64,000 nucleotides of DNA from an uncultured bacterium (GCA_963698225.1 CAVOPW010000014.1:14033-78032); one strand, 5' to 3'; counted from the first letter of the stretch, positions 33,686-44,081 are shown. The notes: a model not told the origin generated them from the sequence alone. Program-made: numbers and translations.

Positions 33686-35593
33686 TCAAGTCTTGAGTTT
33701 CTTCAACTCCTGCTCATACTGACTGACCAAGGCATCAAGCTGGTCGACGACCGCCTTGATCGTTTCGGGCCGGGTTAGATCGACTCCCGCCTTCTTGAGC
33801 TGTTCCATCGGATAGTCATTACCGCCCGATTTCAGCAATGTCAGATACTTGTCGGTCGCTTCCTTGCGCACTTTGGCGTCTTTGCTCTGTATTCCCTGCA
33901 CCAGCTTGGCGGAGGAAGCAAAGCAGGTCGCATACTGATAGACATAGTACGGACTGTTGTAGAAATGCGAGATGCGCGACCAAAGGACGTCATAGAGCTC
34001 ATCACGCACCACCGAGTCACCAAAATAGTCGGCCATGATCTTGCTGTAAATCCCCTTGAGAACATCCGCGGTAATCGGCTGTCCCTGCTCGACCATCAGA
34101 TGCGCCTGATGTTCGAAATCGGCAAACATCACTTGTGTGTAAAACGTGCCGAGAATGTTGTCGATCTGCTGTTCCAGCAGTTTGATGCGCTCTTTCGGAT
34201 CGGTGATCTTCTTGAGCATATAGTCGAGGAACAGCGCCTCGTTAAGTGTCGAAGCCACCTCCGCAACGAAGATCGTATATCCGGATGTTGCAAACGGCTG
34301 GTTCTCATGTGACAGCTGCGTGTGCATGGTGTGGCCCAATTCATGTGCCAAAGTAAAAACGCCGTCCAGGGTGCCGTTGTAGTTCATCAACATATAGGGA
34401 TGGACGCCATAGACACCGGCGGAGTAGGCGCCGGAGCGCTTGCCTTCATTCTCGAATACGTCGATCCAACCGGATGATGTCGCCTTCTTGAGTTTAGCCT
34501 GGTAGTCGGCGCCCAGCGGAGCGACCGACTCTACGACCATCGGAAGCACTTCATCGTAATCATAGACCTTCTCGCCTTCGACAACCGAGACCGAACCATC
34601 AAACAGGTGATAGGCATCCAGGCCCAGTGCCGACTTGCGCAGCTTGTAGTAGCGCTGCATCGGACCGCAACCGGCCTTCACGCCGTTCACGAGATTGTCA
34701 TACACCTGCATCGGAACGTTATCGGCATCGAGTGCGGCGCTTAACGTCGACGTGTAGTTTCGCGCCTGCGCCACCGCCCAGTCACGCTGGCAGATGCCGG
34801 CATAGATTGCGGCATAAGTGTTCTGATTATCGGCATAAACGCCGTACATCGTTTCGAATGCCAGTCTGCGGTCGGCTTGATTGCGGTTGCTGGAAAGCAG
34901 CTGACTGTATTCACCCGGCGTTATCAGCCGTTCCTGGCCATCAGAGAAAGCGGCTTTGCGGAACTTGATATCCGAAACTGACAATTCGGTATAGGCCGCT
35001 TGCGGAGCGTCATTGAAGGTCGAAAAGTAGGACAAGAGCCTCTCGCCCTTCTCGTCGAGCACATGCTCCTGTTGGCGGAAGAGATTCGTGATGGTGAAAC
35101 GATAGGGCGCCAGGGCCGGCGTCTCGTCCAGCCACTTCTTCATCGTTTCCCACTTGATCGACAGCAGCTCCGGGCTGAACCAGGCGGTCGCGGTACCGAA
35201 CTTGGCGAACAACATTTGCACCTGCTGAAGCTTGGCGGCAATATCGTTGTCGCGGGTATTGACGTCGCGTTGAAGTTGCGGATAGCGATAAACCTTGTAG
35301 GAGATGATGTTCATCTCGTCATTGAGCTGATAAGCCTTGAGAACATTCTGCGGTCCACCGGCCAGCGTGCCCTTGAGCGCCGCATACTCGTTCATCTTCT
35401 GCTCCATCGCAGCTTTACCCTGTTCCCAAGCCTCCCAACCGGGATAGATATCGGAGAAATTCCAACGATACTTGGCGTCAATTTCGTCGCGTTTCTTGGA
35501 GGTCGGCATGGCGCCCATGGCCACGGCCGCCAACAGCAATGCGGCGATAATTGCCACAGTGGCCACGGCTTGCAAACGTCTGTCAAATCTCAT
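33686..35593 (-). CDS. pepF: oligoendopeptidase F (M3B metallopeptidase), with N-terminal signal/anchor
   Basis: 635 aa. Zinc motif HELGHTMH. Length and overall pattern fit the PepF family. N-terminal hydrophobic segment AVATVAIIAALLLAAVAMGA. Confidence 0.88.
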   Translation of the reverse strand: MRFDRRLQAVATVAIIAALLLAAVAMGAMPTSKKRDEIDAKYRWNFSDIYPGWEAWEQGKAAMEQKMNEYAALKGTLAGGPQNVLKAYQLNDEMNIISYKVYRYPQLQRDVNTRDNDIAAKLQQVQMLFAKFGTATAWFSPELLSIKWETMKKWLDETPALAPYRFTITNLFRQQEHVLDEKGERLLSYFSTFNDAPQAAYTELSVSDIKFRKAAFSDGQERLITPGEYSQLLSSNRNQADRRLAFETMYGVYADNQNTYAAIYAGICQRDWAVAQARNYTSTLSAALDADNVPMQVYDNLVNGVKAGCGPMQRYYKLRKSALGLDAYHLFDGSVSVVEGEKVYDYDEVLPMVVESVAPLGADYQAKLKKATSSGWIDVFENEGKRSGAYSAGVYGVHPYMLMNYNGTLDGVFTLAHELGHTMHTQLSHENQPFATSGYTIFVAEVASTLNEALFLDYMLKKITDPKERIKLLEQQIDNILGTFYTQVMFADFEHQAHLMVEQGQPITADVLKGIYSKIMADYFGDSVVRDELYDVLWSRISHFYNSPYYVYQYATCFASSAKLVQGIQSKDAKVRKEATDKYLTLLKSGGNDYPMEQLKKAGVDLTRPETIKAVVDQLDALVSQYEQELKKLKT

Positions 35594-35896
35594 ACTGCGG
35601 TGTACTCCTCATTATCTTAACAATTAGTTACTGCTTACATTACGGCTTTCGCCCTTCAAGGTTTCCGTTAACATACGTTTCCCGGCGAGAAAAGTCAATT
35701 TCCACACTCCACTTTCTCTACGTTAGACTGTGCATGCGAGGGCCGGTTTCTCCTTTATGAAGTGGCTCTCCGCTCAACCGGCAGGCGCTTTGGAACATGG
35801 TGCTCACGCCCGGGCAATGGCGTGAGCCGTCCGGAGCATGTGGAGCGTCTTGGGGTCCCCGGCATGACCTTGCACGGACGCGTGCCTGGCCAGCAT

Positions 35897-36337
35897 CTAT
35901 GCCTTACCGGAGAATTTCCTGGATATCACTGTATCAAGAGAATACTTGCCGGCGCCCGTAAATATCAGTGCTGCAAATGCCCAGCCGTACAGAAGCGCAA
36001 ACTCCTGTTTTCCCCACGGATCGTCGGCATGCACAATTCCAGCAGCAACGAGCATCGTAATGAGAAGTGGAACCGCTGCAGCCCTGGTTCCCACGCCTGC
36101 GATAATTGCGAGCGAACAGAAGAATTCGGCAAAGATCGCCAGCGCAAGGCTCAAGGTCGGTCCGAGGCCAATCGGATCCGCCCAGGTATCCGCCTTGTCT
36201 GCAAAACTGATCAGCTTTCCCCACCCGTGGCCAAACAGCATGAAACTTCCGGTTCCAACGCGCAAAAGGAGCAGGCCGATGTCTGCCTTGCGGTCTCCGG
36301 CGTTGCTGTCAAATATCAGCTTGAGAATCTTCTGCAT
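35897..36337 (-). CDS. DoxX family membrane protein
   Basis: 146 aa with 4 helices. IGLLLLRVGTGSFMLFGHGWGKL is typical of DoxX. Confidence 0.8.
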   Translation of the reverse strand: MQKILKLIFDSNAGDRKADIGLLLLRVGTGSFMLFGHGWGKLISFADKADTWADPIGLGPTLSLALAIFAEFFCSLAIIAGVGTRAAAVPLLITMLVAAGIVHADDPWGKQEFALLYGWAFAALIFTGAGKYSLDTVISRKFSGKA

Positions 36338-36453
36338 TCAAGGTCTCCTTCAATATTCTTGTCGTTTCAAAGTGCTGCGGATACAGTATCTTGAGAAACC
36401 TGAAAAAATGGACAATGGTTCCATCCTGTTTGAGAATTGGAAGACAGAGTGAA

Positions 36454-37131
36454 ATGGTGAAGAAAAGTAATTGTCTTGTGAGCATCATGGTGGTCGTCTT
36501 GTCTCTTGCCGCGGTACTACATGCAGGGACCAATACCGCCGTCGTTGACGAGTGCGCCGTGTGCCGAATTCAGAGACTTGATCATCGGAAGAAGACGGTT
36601 GTGGCTCGGTCGCGATACAAGGAGCGGGATTATCTGTTCTGCTCGGATAGTTGCAAGGCGCAATTTGACAATAATCCTGAATTCTTCATCGATCCGCCGC
36701 TTCCCCGGCCGGCACCCGAATTCACGTTGATCACGCTGGGAGGGAAACAAGACTCACTGGCAAATTATCGAGGACAAGTGATGCTGATTGATTTTTGGGC
36801 CTCGTGGTGCGCGCCGTGCGTCAAGTCGATGCAAGATCTCGAGTCCATCTATAGAGAATTTCACGCTGATCGACTGATGATTGTCGGCATTACGATGGAC
36901 AGCCTTGGCCACCCGCAAACCAAGAGTCATGTCGAACGAAACAAGATTACCTACCCAATCCTTTTCGATAACCGCACCAACCCGACCTGGCTCGCCTACC
37001 AGGTGAAGTCTATTCCATCGCTCTACCTCGTCAATCACAAAGGGCAAATTGTGAGACAGTGGCGGGGTGCAAGCGAGAAGAGTGAAGTCGCGGCGGCGAT
37101 CAGATCGTTGCTTGATGATTCAAGGAACTAG
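36454..37131 (+). CDS. secreted YHS-domain / TlpA-like thioredoxin fusion protein
   Basis: From ORF 36391..37131. I start it at MVKKSNCLVSIMVVVLSLAAVLHA (atg 36454). YHS/TRASH-like segment CAVC...YLFCSDSCKAQFDNNPEFF is followed by the thioredoxin motif FWASWCAPC. Confidence 0.75.
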   Translation: MVKKSNCLVSIMVVVLSLAAVLHAGTNTAVVDECAVCRIQRLDHRKKTVVARSRYKERDYLFCSDSCKAQFDNNPEFFIDPPLPRPAPEFTLITLGGKQDSLANYRGQVMLIDFWASWCAPCVKSMQDLESIYREFHADRLMIVGITMDSLGHPQTKSHVERNKITYPILFDNRTNPTWLAYQVKSIPSLYLVNHKGQIVRQWRGASEKSEVAAAIRSLLDDSRN

Positions 37132-37139
37132 GCAAGAAC

Positions 37140-37170
37140 ATGGGCAGGCTTTGCGGGCCTGCCCATTGTT
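37140..37170. terminator. bidirectional hairpin between convergent genes
   Basis: ATGGGCAGGC-tttgcgg-GCCTGCCCAT, a 10-bp perfect stem between the stop at 37131 (+) and the stop at 37192 (-). Confidence 0.55.
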
Positions 37171-37191
37171 ATCGGGAAATTGTTCCGATGC

Positions 37192-38034
37192 TTACTGATT
37201 TGAGCTGATCGGTCCTTCTTTAGTCACGGTAACTCTGACCGGCGCACGCAGCATGAAGTTGACTTGCGTTCCTGAATGCAGGGTGATATCCTGCTTGCCC
37301 GTTGCCGCGGCAGCCGCAGCGCCGGCCGCAGCGCCGGCCGCAGCGCCGATTTCGGTACCGCCCTTCTTGCCGGTTACCTTGCCGATGATCCCGCCTACCA
37401 AAGCTCCGCCTCCGATGAGACCAACCTGTTTCTTGGTATGTGAATCCTTCTTCTCTTCGATCGGATATGTGTCGACCTGTACCTGCTGACCACTCCGGTC
37501 TTCAATACTCACAAGGCTGAACACCAATTCGGCGGGAGTCTTCATTCGGCCGGACTCTACCACCTTGTTGAGTACTCCCACGGCTATGGCGCCTTTCGCA
37601 AATACAGTTTCGCCGTCGAAAACTACAGGTTCGAGAATCTGCGCACGGTATTCCGTGCCGGTAACGTGAATGTCCGTGTCGATCGAGTCAATCAACTCGA
37701 TGGCAATGACCGTGCTCTCGGGCAGGCTGACAACCTTCGGCGCGGGAATCTTCGGCTCGTCCACCACCGCGGGCTTGGTCGACTTGTCATCCTGCTTTTT
37801 CGGCTCATCAACTTTGGGTTTTGCAGCTTCGGTCTTGGTTTCCGTTACAGCACCACCACCTGCCGGTTGGTTGTCAGCGACGGTACCGCCAGCCGTGCTT
37901 TGCACCGTATCTTTTTGTTCGGTCATCTGACCATCAGTTGCGGGTTCCTGCTTGTCGGCACTTTGCTTGCTGCACGACACAATCACTGATGTCAAGGTAA
38001 GCGCTACAATGAGAAGTAGGATCTTCGATTTCAC
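37192..38034 (-). CDS. lipoprotein with a C-terminal glycine-zipper segment
   Basis: Lipobox VIVSCS and a low-complexity Lys/Pro/Glu linker. C-terminal GLIGGGALVGGIIGKVTGKKGGTEIGAAAGAAAGAAAAAATGK. Confidence 0.65.
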   Translation of the reverse strand: MKSKILLLIVALTLTSVIVSCSKQSADKQEPATDGQMTEQKDTVQSTAGGTVADNQPAGGGAVTETKTEAAKPKVDEPKKQDDKSTKPAVVDEPKIPAPKVVSLPESTVIAIELIDSIDTDIHVTGTEYRAQILEPVVFDGETVFAKGAIAVGVLNKVVESGRMKTPAELVFSLVSIEDRSGQQVQVDTYPIEEKKDSHTKKQVGLIGGGALVGGIIGKVTGKKGGTEIGAAAGAAAGAAAAAATGKQDITLHSGTQVNFMLRAPVRVTVTKEGPISSNQ

Positions 38035-38203
38035 TATTTTCCTCCTGTCAGGGGGTGACCAATTCCTGTCAATAAATCCTGTATGCAGTTGTTATCCGGG
38101 CTCAATCTAATTACTTGTTATACCACCCGGCAATTTGAATATTCCTGCAAAATATCTATCCCTTTTGTCGCCAATAGATTAGGCTCGCGATAACTCCTAA
38201 GAC

Positions 38204-38764
38204 CTAGCGAGAAATCGACCATTTACCGGCAAATTGGTCAGCGATTTCCTTGCCCGCCAGTTTCTCCGTCAACATCAAGGCAAACAGCATTGCCGCGCCG
38301 GGTCCCCTGCCGGTGATAATGTCGCCATCAACCGTCACCTGTTCGTTCGTGACAATCGCACCTGCCGCCGCCAGTCGATCATTGAACCCGGGATCGCCAG
38401 TGGCACGTTTACCTTTGAGTATGCCCGCCGCCTCCGCCAGAACATGACTGGGTGCAGCACAAATCGCCGCGACCAGCTTGCCTGAATCGAAATGCTTCCG
38501 AGCGATCTCGATCACTCGATCGGAAGCGGCAAGGCTCTCGGCATTCTTACGTCCGCCCGGGAAGATCACGCAGTCATAAAGTCCATCGATCTCGTCAATG
38601 GATGCATGCGGAACCAGGGTAATGCCATACGCGGCTTTGATCGGACGATTTTGCAGTCCGGCGATGACAACTTCGACGCCGGCACGGTTCAGAACATCTA
38701 TTGGCGCGACCGCTTCGATATCTTCAAAGCCGTCGGCCATCACGATCAGGGCCTTTTTCGACAT
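38204..38764 (-). CDS. DJ-1/PfpI family protein
   Basis: 186 aa with the nucleophile-elbow motif LVAAICAAP. N-terminus KKALIVMADGFEDIEAVAPIDVL. Confidence 0.88.
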   Translation of the reverse strand: MSKKALIVMADGFEDIEAVAPIDVLNRAGVEVVIAGLQNRPIKAAYGITLVPHASIDEIDGLYDCVIFPGGRKNAESLAASDRVIEIARKHFDSGKLVAAICAAPSHVLAEAAGILKGKRATGDPGFNDRLAAAGAIVTNEQVTVDGDIITGRGPGAAMLFALMLTEKLAGKEIADQFAGKWSISR

Positions 38765-38766
38765 TC

Positions 38767-39342
38767 TTACTCCTTCGCTACAATTCCCTTTCCGAACATA
38801 AATGCGCCGGGAAAATCGTCGCGTTCACGTTTGCGCTTCCCGACCCAGGCTGATACTGAAATTCGGTACACCGTGATATCGCCGATTTCTTCAGGTGATA
38901 TCAATTCGTAATCGCTGCCGGCCTTCAAGTGGGGAAAGTACTTCTCAACGAACTTCGACATCTTGACCAGCGACAACTCGGCATCATCGACAACTGCAAT
39001 CTCCCCCTGCACCATGACGCTTCGATATTCAACGCTCATTTGCGTAGCTGTTCTTGCCGGAAGCAGCCGGCCCATGGAACTGACCGTGAATGTTACCTTG
39101 GTGCCGTTGCCGACTCGCATGCGGGTTGCGCCTTCCTTGGCAGTGTGAAAATAGATGGCGCGTTCGCCGCGGTCATAGTAAAAGACATTCATGTTCAGAT
39201 GCGGAAAGGTCTCCCCGTTCATCCCCATCGTGGCATAGGGCGCTGTCTCCAGCATCCGTTCAATCCACTCATCGTCGACAACGGCGCGGTCCTGTCGGCG
39301 CAGGGCAATCGTGTTGATGGCAGGTTTGTCGGCATTGTTCAT
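38767..39342 (-). CDS. pyridoxamine 5'-phosphate oxidase-like FMN-binding protein
   Basis: From ORF 38767..39483. I start it at MNNADKPA (atg 39342), because the upstream part is Arg/Pro-rich junk. The split-barrel pattern and size (about 191 aa) fit the Pyridox_ox_2/NimA-like family. Confidence 0.7.
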   Translation of the reverse strand: MNNADKPAINTIALRRQDRAVVDDEWIERMLETAPYATMGMNGETFPHLNMNVFYYDRGERAIYFHTAKEGATRMRVGNGTKVTFTVSSMGRLLPARTATQMSVEYRSVMVQGEIAVVDDAELSLVKMSKFVEKYFPHLKAGSDYELISPEEIGDITVYRISVSAWVGKRKRERDDFPGAFMFGKGIVAKE

Positions 39343-39352
39343 AGTCGGTCCA

Positions 39353-40336
39353 CTACTCCGGCTGGCACGGAGCGGCCGCGGGCACCGTTGCCCTCGGCAA
39401 GTCTCCGGCCGCAACGATAGGTTTCTTGTCTTTGTAGATCGTAATGACGGCGACCGCGGAAATAATAATCGCCGCCGCAACAATGGTTCTCATGGTAATT
39501 TCCTCGCCCCCAAGCAGCCAGCCGAGAAACACGGCAACGACTGGATTGACGAATGCGTAGGTCGATGCCTTGGCGGGCGTGGTCACCTTAAGCAGCCACA
39601 CATAGGCAACAAATGCCAGCGAGCCGATGACGGTTAAATAGATAAGCCCGGCTATTGATTTGAAAGACATGGCATCGATGTCGACTCGCGGAAATTCTCC
39701 AGTCGCTCCGGCGAGGATGGTCAGCACCACGCCACCGGCCAGCATCTGGATTCCGACCGAGAGCAACTTGGACTCGGGCAAATCGATGTGACGGGAGGAA
39801 ATCGATCCGCTCGCCCAGGACAAAGTCGCAAACAACAACGCGGTCGCACCGATCCAACCGGAGATGCCTTCGGAGGCAACTTGTATTGGTCCAATGAGCA
39901 CAACTATGCCGACGAATCCCAGAATTAACCCCAGCACCACACTGGTCACCGGCTTCTTGCCCGCAGGACGCAGCCATTCAATCAATACCATCCAGAACGG
40001 CATGGCAGCCACCATCAGAGCCGCCAAACCGGATGGGACAAACTGTTCCGCCCAGGTAACCGTGCCGGTGCCGCCGACCACAAGCAATAGCCCGATGATC
40101 GCGGAATTACGCCACTGTAGCCTTGTCGCGGCCACCGCGCCGGAGAGTCGCGCATAGGCATAAAGCATCGCACCGCCGGCGAGAAATCGAATGCCGGCGC
40201 TCAGTAGCGCCGGAATCGTTTCGATGGTAAAGCGTATTGCCAAATACGTCGAACCCCAGATCAAATAGACGGCGAGAAAGCCAATGATCAAGCGGTAGCG
40301 CGGTACCGCTTCGTGCCTCGACAGGATATCAATCAT
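39353..40336 (-). CDS. EamA/DMT-family transporter
   Basis: From ORF 39353..40579. I start it at MIDILSRHEAVPRYRLIIGFLAVYLIWGSTYLAIRF (atg 40336). It has 10 helices and a duplicated EamA pattern. Confidence 0.82.
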   Translation of the reverse strand: MIDILSRHEAVPRYRLIIGFLAVYLIWGSTYLAIRFTIETIPALLSAGIRFLAGGAMLYAYARLSGAVAATRLQWRNSAIIGLLLVVGGTGTVTWAEQFVPSGLAALMVAAMPFWMVLIEWLRPAGKKPVTSVVLGLILGFVGIVVLIGPIQVASEGISGWIGATALLFATLSWASGSISSRHIDLPESKLLSVGIQMLAGGVVLTILAGATGEFPRVDIDAMSFKSIAGLIYLTVIGSLAFVAYVWLLKVTTPAKASTYAFVNPVVAVFLGWLLGGEEITMRTIVAAAIIISAVAVITIYKDKKPIVAAGDLPRATVPAAAPCQPE

Positions 40337-40808
40337 ACAGTTTGCCCTTGATTGCTTCATCGAGCGGTAACGGACCATTTTCCTTGAAGGTCTCAAGAGC
40401 GATAATTGTGCGCGTATTCTTGACGGTGGGAATCGTGCCAAGCTTCTCGCGCAAGAACTTCCCGAGGCTCTCGGCATCGCGAACCCGCGCTTTGAGCAGG
40501 TAGCAGTCTTCACCGGCGATGTTGTGGATTTCCAGCACTTCGGGAATTTTCGCAAGTTCCAGCGCGGTGGAGCAATCATTCACCGGTTCATCGGCCTTGA
40601 CGAAGATGAAAGCGACCAACCCAAGTTCGACCGACCTGGGATTGAGCCGGAGATCATATCCGGCAATAATGCCCCGCTGAACGAGTTTCTTGATTCGCTC
40701 GGCAGTGGCAGACGGGACGATGCCAATTTGCTTGGCGATCTCCGAATTCGGGATTCGCGCATCCGACTGGAGGATTTCAAGTATCTTGCGGTCCAGTTCG
40801 TCGATCAT
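40329..40808 (-). CDS. Lrp/AsnC-family transcriptional regulator
   Basis: From ORF 40329..40910. I start it at MIDELDRKILEILQSDARIPNSEIAKQIG (atg 40808), which has an HTH plus a RAM-type C-terminal domain. It overlaps the EamA start by 8 nt. Confidence 0.88.
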   Translation of the reverse strand: MIDELDRKILEILQSDARIPNSEIAKQIGIVPSATAERIKKLVQRGIIAGYDLRLNPRSVELGLVAFIFVKADEPVNDCSTALELAKIPEVLEIHNIAGEDCYLLKARVRDAESLGKFLREKLGTIPTVKNTRTIIALETFKENGPLPLDEAIKGKLYD

Positions 40809-41024
40809 GTCACATATCTCCTGATTGATAGCGTATCTTTCTCTGTATACGCTTGTGCGACGAATATTGTTCTGATATTTATATAAAATTACGAATTTTC
40901 TACTAACCACCTGAAGTCGTTACGGCAATATTAGTTAGGCGATTCGAATTCCGTTGCGTTATAATATGATATGAGTGTTGAGCTCATTAATCTACGAAGT
41001 AAACTCACTATTCAGGAGGAAATT

Positions 41025-41336
41025 ATGGCTGACCATGCGGAAGATACGAGGGTCAAGGATGCGCTCGAGTTGCTCAATAGCTACGCGAAAGACAAACGTG
41101 GTGAACTGCAGGACTTAATGAGCAACAAGTACAACAACCTCAAGTCTGTCGTCAGTGGTGTTGGAGCTCGACTGCAGTCGGATGCCGCGGACCTCTATGG
41201 TACCGGCAAGGAGAAAGCCAAGCAGGTCGCTCATGACGTAGACGAGAGCGTGCATAAGAACCCTTGGGCATACATCGGCGGCGCGGCTCTGGGCGCGCTG
41301 ATCATCGGTTACATGTTGGGCCGCTCAAAGAAGTAA
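41025..41336 (+). CDS. DUF883 (ElaB/YqjD-like) tail-anchored stress protein
   Basis: AGGAGGA SD before atg 41025 (within ORF 40971..41336). C-terminal NPWAYIGGAALGALIIGYMLGRSKK is the family hallmark. Confidence 0.75.
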   Translation: MADHAEDTRVKDALELLNSYAKDKRGELQDLMSNKYNNLKSVVSGVGARLQSDAADLYGTGKEKAKQVAHDVDESVHKNPWAYIGGAALGALIIGYMLGRSKK

Positions 41337-41372
41337 TTCCGGCATCGACCAGAAAGGGTTCGGTAATCTTCG

Positions 41373-41747
41373 ATGGGATTCATTAAAGGCATCCTCTTTG
41401 CACTTGCGGGCAAATACCTTCAAACCGCCATCGACGTCGTCAAGGTCGAATTTGCGATCGCAGTTATCAAGGCTATCGGCGGCGCGCGCAGGCTGTTCAT
41501 GCTGCTATCGGTATGGATATTCCTGCTGACCCTGGTTGCCGTCGGGCTCGCGATGATTCCGGTCGCGCTCTGTGTATTCATGCCATGGGAACCGACGACC
41601 AAATTAATCATCGCCCTGCTCTTTGCTCTGATCTACATCGCGGTCCCGGTCTTCCTGCTCATGACTCTGATGTCAGAACGGCGCTGGATGAAGATATTCC
41701 ATGCTGATGAGCTGGTGCAGAAAGTCATGCGCCAGAAACAAAGCTAA
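41373..41747 (+). CDS. small membrane protein (YqjE-like partner of DUF883; resemblance by context)
   Basis: 124 aa with 2-3 helices, immediately downstream of the DUF883 gene as in yqjD-yqjE pairs. Confidence 0.5.
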   Translation: MGFIKGILFALAGKYLQTAIDVVKVEFAIAVIKAIGGARRLFMLLSVWIFLLTLVAVGLAMIPVALCVFMPWEPTTKLIIALLFALIYIAVPVFLLMTLMSERRWMKIFHADELVQKVMRQKQS

Positions 41748-41782
41748 ACGCAAGCTTCCGAGAAAAGCAGCGTCATCGATAT

Positions 41783-41807
41783 GGGCACGAGCAATCGTGC
41801 CCTTTTT
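41783..41807 (+). terminator. intrinsic terminator
   Basis: GGGCACGA-gcaa-TCGTGCCC followed by TTTTT, 36 nt after the stop at 41747. Confidence 0.7.
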
Positions 41808-41987
41808 GCTGAGCGCGACGACCCTCCCGCTGCTCCAATTGGGTTATCTGTCCCGAACATCTCATGGTATTTGTGCGCTGCGCGTGCCCGATCGTGGTTT
41901 TCACTTGCCGCTTTACTCTATTTTCGCTTTCTTCCGTAATATCCGAATCCAATCGCAATATCAGATCTGTTAACATACGGAGATAAC

Positions 41988-44081
41988 ATGCCCGCTAAGA
42001 AAAAAGCGCCAGCATCGCTCAAAGCAAAGTCCAAGCCAACCGCAGCCAAGAAACCGGCTGCAGCTAAGCCAAGCAGCGGTAAGCCAGCTGCGGCCGCGTC
42101 CAATCCGGCCGACAGCATTTCCTCGCTCATGCAGGAGCACCGGCTGTTTCCTCCTTCAGAAGATTTTTCGGCGAAAGCGCACATCACCTCGGCCGCCCAA
42201 CTCAAGAAATTGCGGGAGAAGGCCGCCAGGAATCCGGTGAAGTTCTGGGAAGAACAGGCCAAGGCGCTGACCTGGTTCAAGCCCTGGAAAACCGCACTGA
42301 AATGGAAACATCCGTTTGCCGAGTGGTTCGTCGGCGGCAAAATCAATATCTCCTACAACTGTCTCGATCGGCACGTCGCCACCTGGCGGCGAAATAAGGC
42401 GGCGATTATCTGGGAAGCTGAAGGCGGTGAACAACGCACTCTGACCTATCAGGCGCTGCTTTCCGAAGTCTGCAAGTTCTCGACTGTGCTCAAGTCGCTC
42501 GGCGTCTCCAAAGGTGATGTTGTCGCTATTTACATGGGCATGGTTCCCGAGGCGATAATTGCGATGTTAGCCTGCGCCCGCATTGGCGCTACTCACAATG
42601 TCGTGTTCGGCGGTTTCTCGGCCGAGGCCCTGCGCGAGCGTATCAATGATTCAAAAGCGGTCGCGGTCATCACTCAGGACGGTTCCTACCGCCGCGGTTC
42701 GATTGTGCCGCTCAAGGACAATGTCGATGCAGCGCTCACCGATACTCCGACGATTCAAAACGTGATCGTCTACCGGCGCGTCGGCAGCGACGTAAATATG
42801 ACGATCGGTCGCGATCATTGGTGGCATGAGCGGATGATGGTGCCGATGGCGCCCTGCGCTCCCGAGCCCCTGGACTCGGAGCACCCGTTGTTCATTCTCT
42901 ACACTTCCGGGTCGACCGCGAAGCCCAAAGGTATTCTCCACACGACCGGCGGGTACATCACGCAAGTTGCCTACACTACCAAGATAGTTTTCGACCTGCG
43001 CGAAGAGGACCTCTATTTCTGCATGGCCGATATCGGATGGGTGACCGGACATAGCTACATTGTCTACGGTCCGCTGGCAAACGGCGCGTCGGTGTTCTTG
43101 TATGAAGGCGCGCCCAATTATCCCGCGCCCGATCGCATTTGGGATATGATATCGCGCCACAAGGTGACAGTATTCTATACGGCGCCAACCGCAATTCGCG
43201 GCTTCATGCGGGCGGGTGAGCAGTATCCGATCAGCCACAACATGTCCTCCCTGCGGTTGTTGGGGTCGGTCGGTGAACCGATCAATCCGGAAGCGTGGAT
43301 CTGGTATCATACGCTGATCGGCAACAAACGCTGTCCGATCGTTGATACCTGGTGGCAGACCGAGACCGGCGGTATCATGATCTCGCCGATTCCGGGCGCA
43401 ACGACACTTAAGCCCGGCTCTTGTACCATGCCCCTGCCCGGCATTATCGCCGACGTGGTCCGCAAGGACGGGGTATCATGTGGCCCCAACGAGGGCGGCC
43501 TGCTGGTGGTCAAGCACCCCTGGCCGGGAATGCTGCGAACAATCGCCGGCGATCCGCAGCGATACAAGGATGTCTATTGGAGCGACTTCCCGCCGACAAA
43601 AACCCGACCGGGATATTACCTCGCCGGCGACGGCGCCCGCAAGGACAAGGATGGATATTTCTGGGTGATGGGACGAATCGACGATGTTGTCAATGTCTCC
43701 GGACACCGCCTCGGAACTGCCGAGGTCGAAAGTGCCCTTGTTTCGCACAAGACTGTCGCCGAAGCCGCCGTCGTGGCACGCCCTGATGATCTCAAGGGCA
43801 GTGCTCTGGTTGCGTTTGTCACACTCAAAAGCGGCGTAGATAGTGAACCCGCTTTCCTGGAGCAACACCGCGAGGTCCTGCGCGCACATGTTATCAAGGA
43901 AATTGGCCATATCGCCAAACTCGATGAAATCCGCTTTACCGACGCCCTGCCGAAGACGCGGTCAGGCAAAATCATGCGCCGGCTGTTGCGCGAAATTGCG
44001 CATGGCAATGCAGTCACGGGAGACACGACGACGCTCGAGGACTTCTCGATCCTTGAGAAACTGCGACAAGACGAAGAATAG
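41988..44081 (+). CDS. acs: acetyl-CoA synthetase (AMP-forming) with a Lys/Ala/Pro-rich N-terminal extension of about 47 aa
   Basis: 697 aa with canonical motifs [19 protein letters not shown] and [13 protein letters not shown] ggaga lies 5 nt before atg 41988. The canonical Acs N-terminus aligns from Met48 ([13 protein letters not shown]). Confidence 0.93.
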   Translation: MPAKKKAPASLKAKSKPTAAKKPAAAKPSSGKPAAAASNPADSISSLMQEHRLFPPSEDFSAKAHITSAAQLKKLREKAARNPVKFWEEQAKALTWFKPWKTALKWKHPFAEWFVGGKINISYNCLDRHVATWRRNKAAIIWEAEGGEQRTLTYQALLSEVCKFSTVLKSLGVSKGDVVAIYMGMVPEAIIAMLACARIGATHNVVFGGFSAEALRERINDSKAVAVITQDGSYRRGSIVPLKDNVDAALTDTPTIQNVIVYRRVGSDVNMTIGRDHWWHERMMVPMAPCAPEPLDSEHPLFILYTSGSTAKPKGILHTTGGYITQVAYTTKIVFDLREEDLYFCMADIGWVTGHSYIVYGPLANGASVFLYEGAPNYPAPDRIWDMISRHKVTVFYTAPTAIRGFMRAGEQYPISHNMSSLRLLGSVGEPINPEAWIWYHTLIGNKRCPIVDTWWQTETGGIMISPIPGATTLKPGSCTMPLPGIIADVVRKDGVSCGPNEGGLLVVKHPWPGMLRTIAGDPQRYKDVYWSDFPPTKTRPGYYLAGDGARKDKDGYFWVMGRIDDVVNVSGHRLGTAEVESALVSHKTVAEAAVVARPDDLKGSALVAFVTLKSGVDSEPAFLEQHREVLRAHVIKEIGHIAKLDEIRFTDALPKTRSGKIMRRLLREIAHGNAVTGDTTTLEDFSILEKLRQDEE

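Noticed and set aside
38767-40910. Long N-terminal extensions of ORFs 38767..39483, 39353..40579 and 40329..40910 (and likewise 24519..25583)
   Set aside because: The extensions are Arg/Pro/Ser-rich, overlap the upstream gene and precede internal Met codons where the recognisable family sequence begins. I trimmed each ORF to the internal start.
41988-42128. Treating the Lys/Ala/Pro-rich stretch as a mis-called start, with the true Acs start at Met48
   Set aside because: Not fully rejected. However, the upstream atg has a proper SD and Met48 has none, and the stretch is in frame without stops, so I kept the long form and flagged it as a finding.
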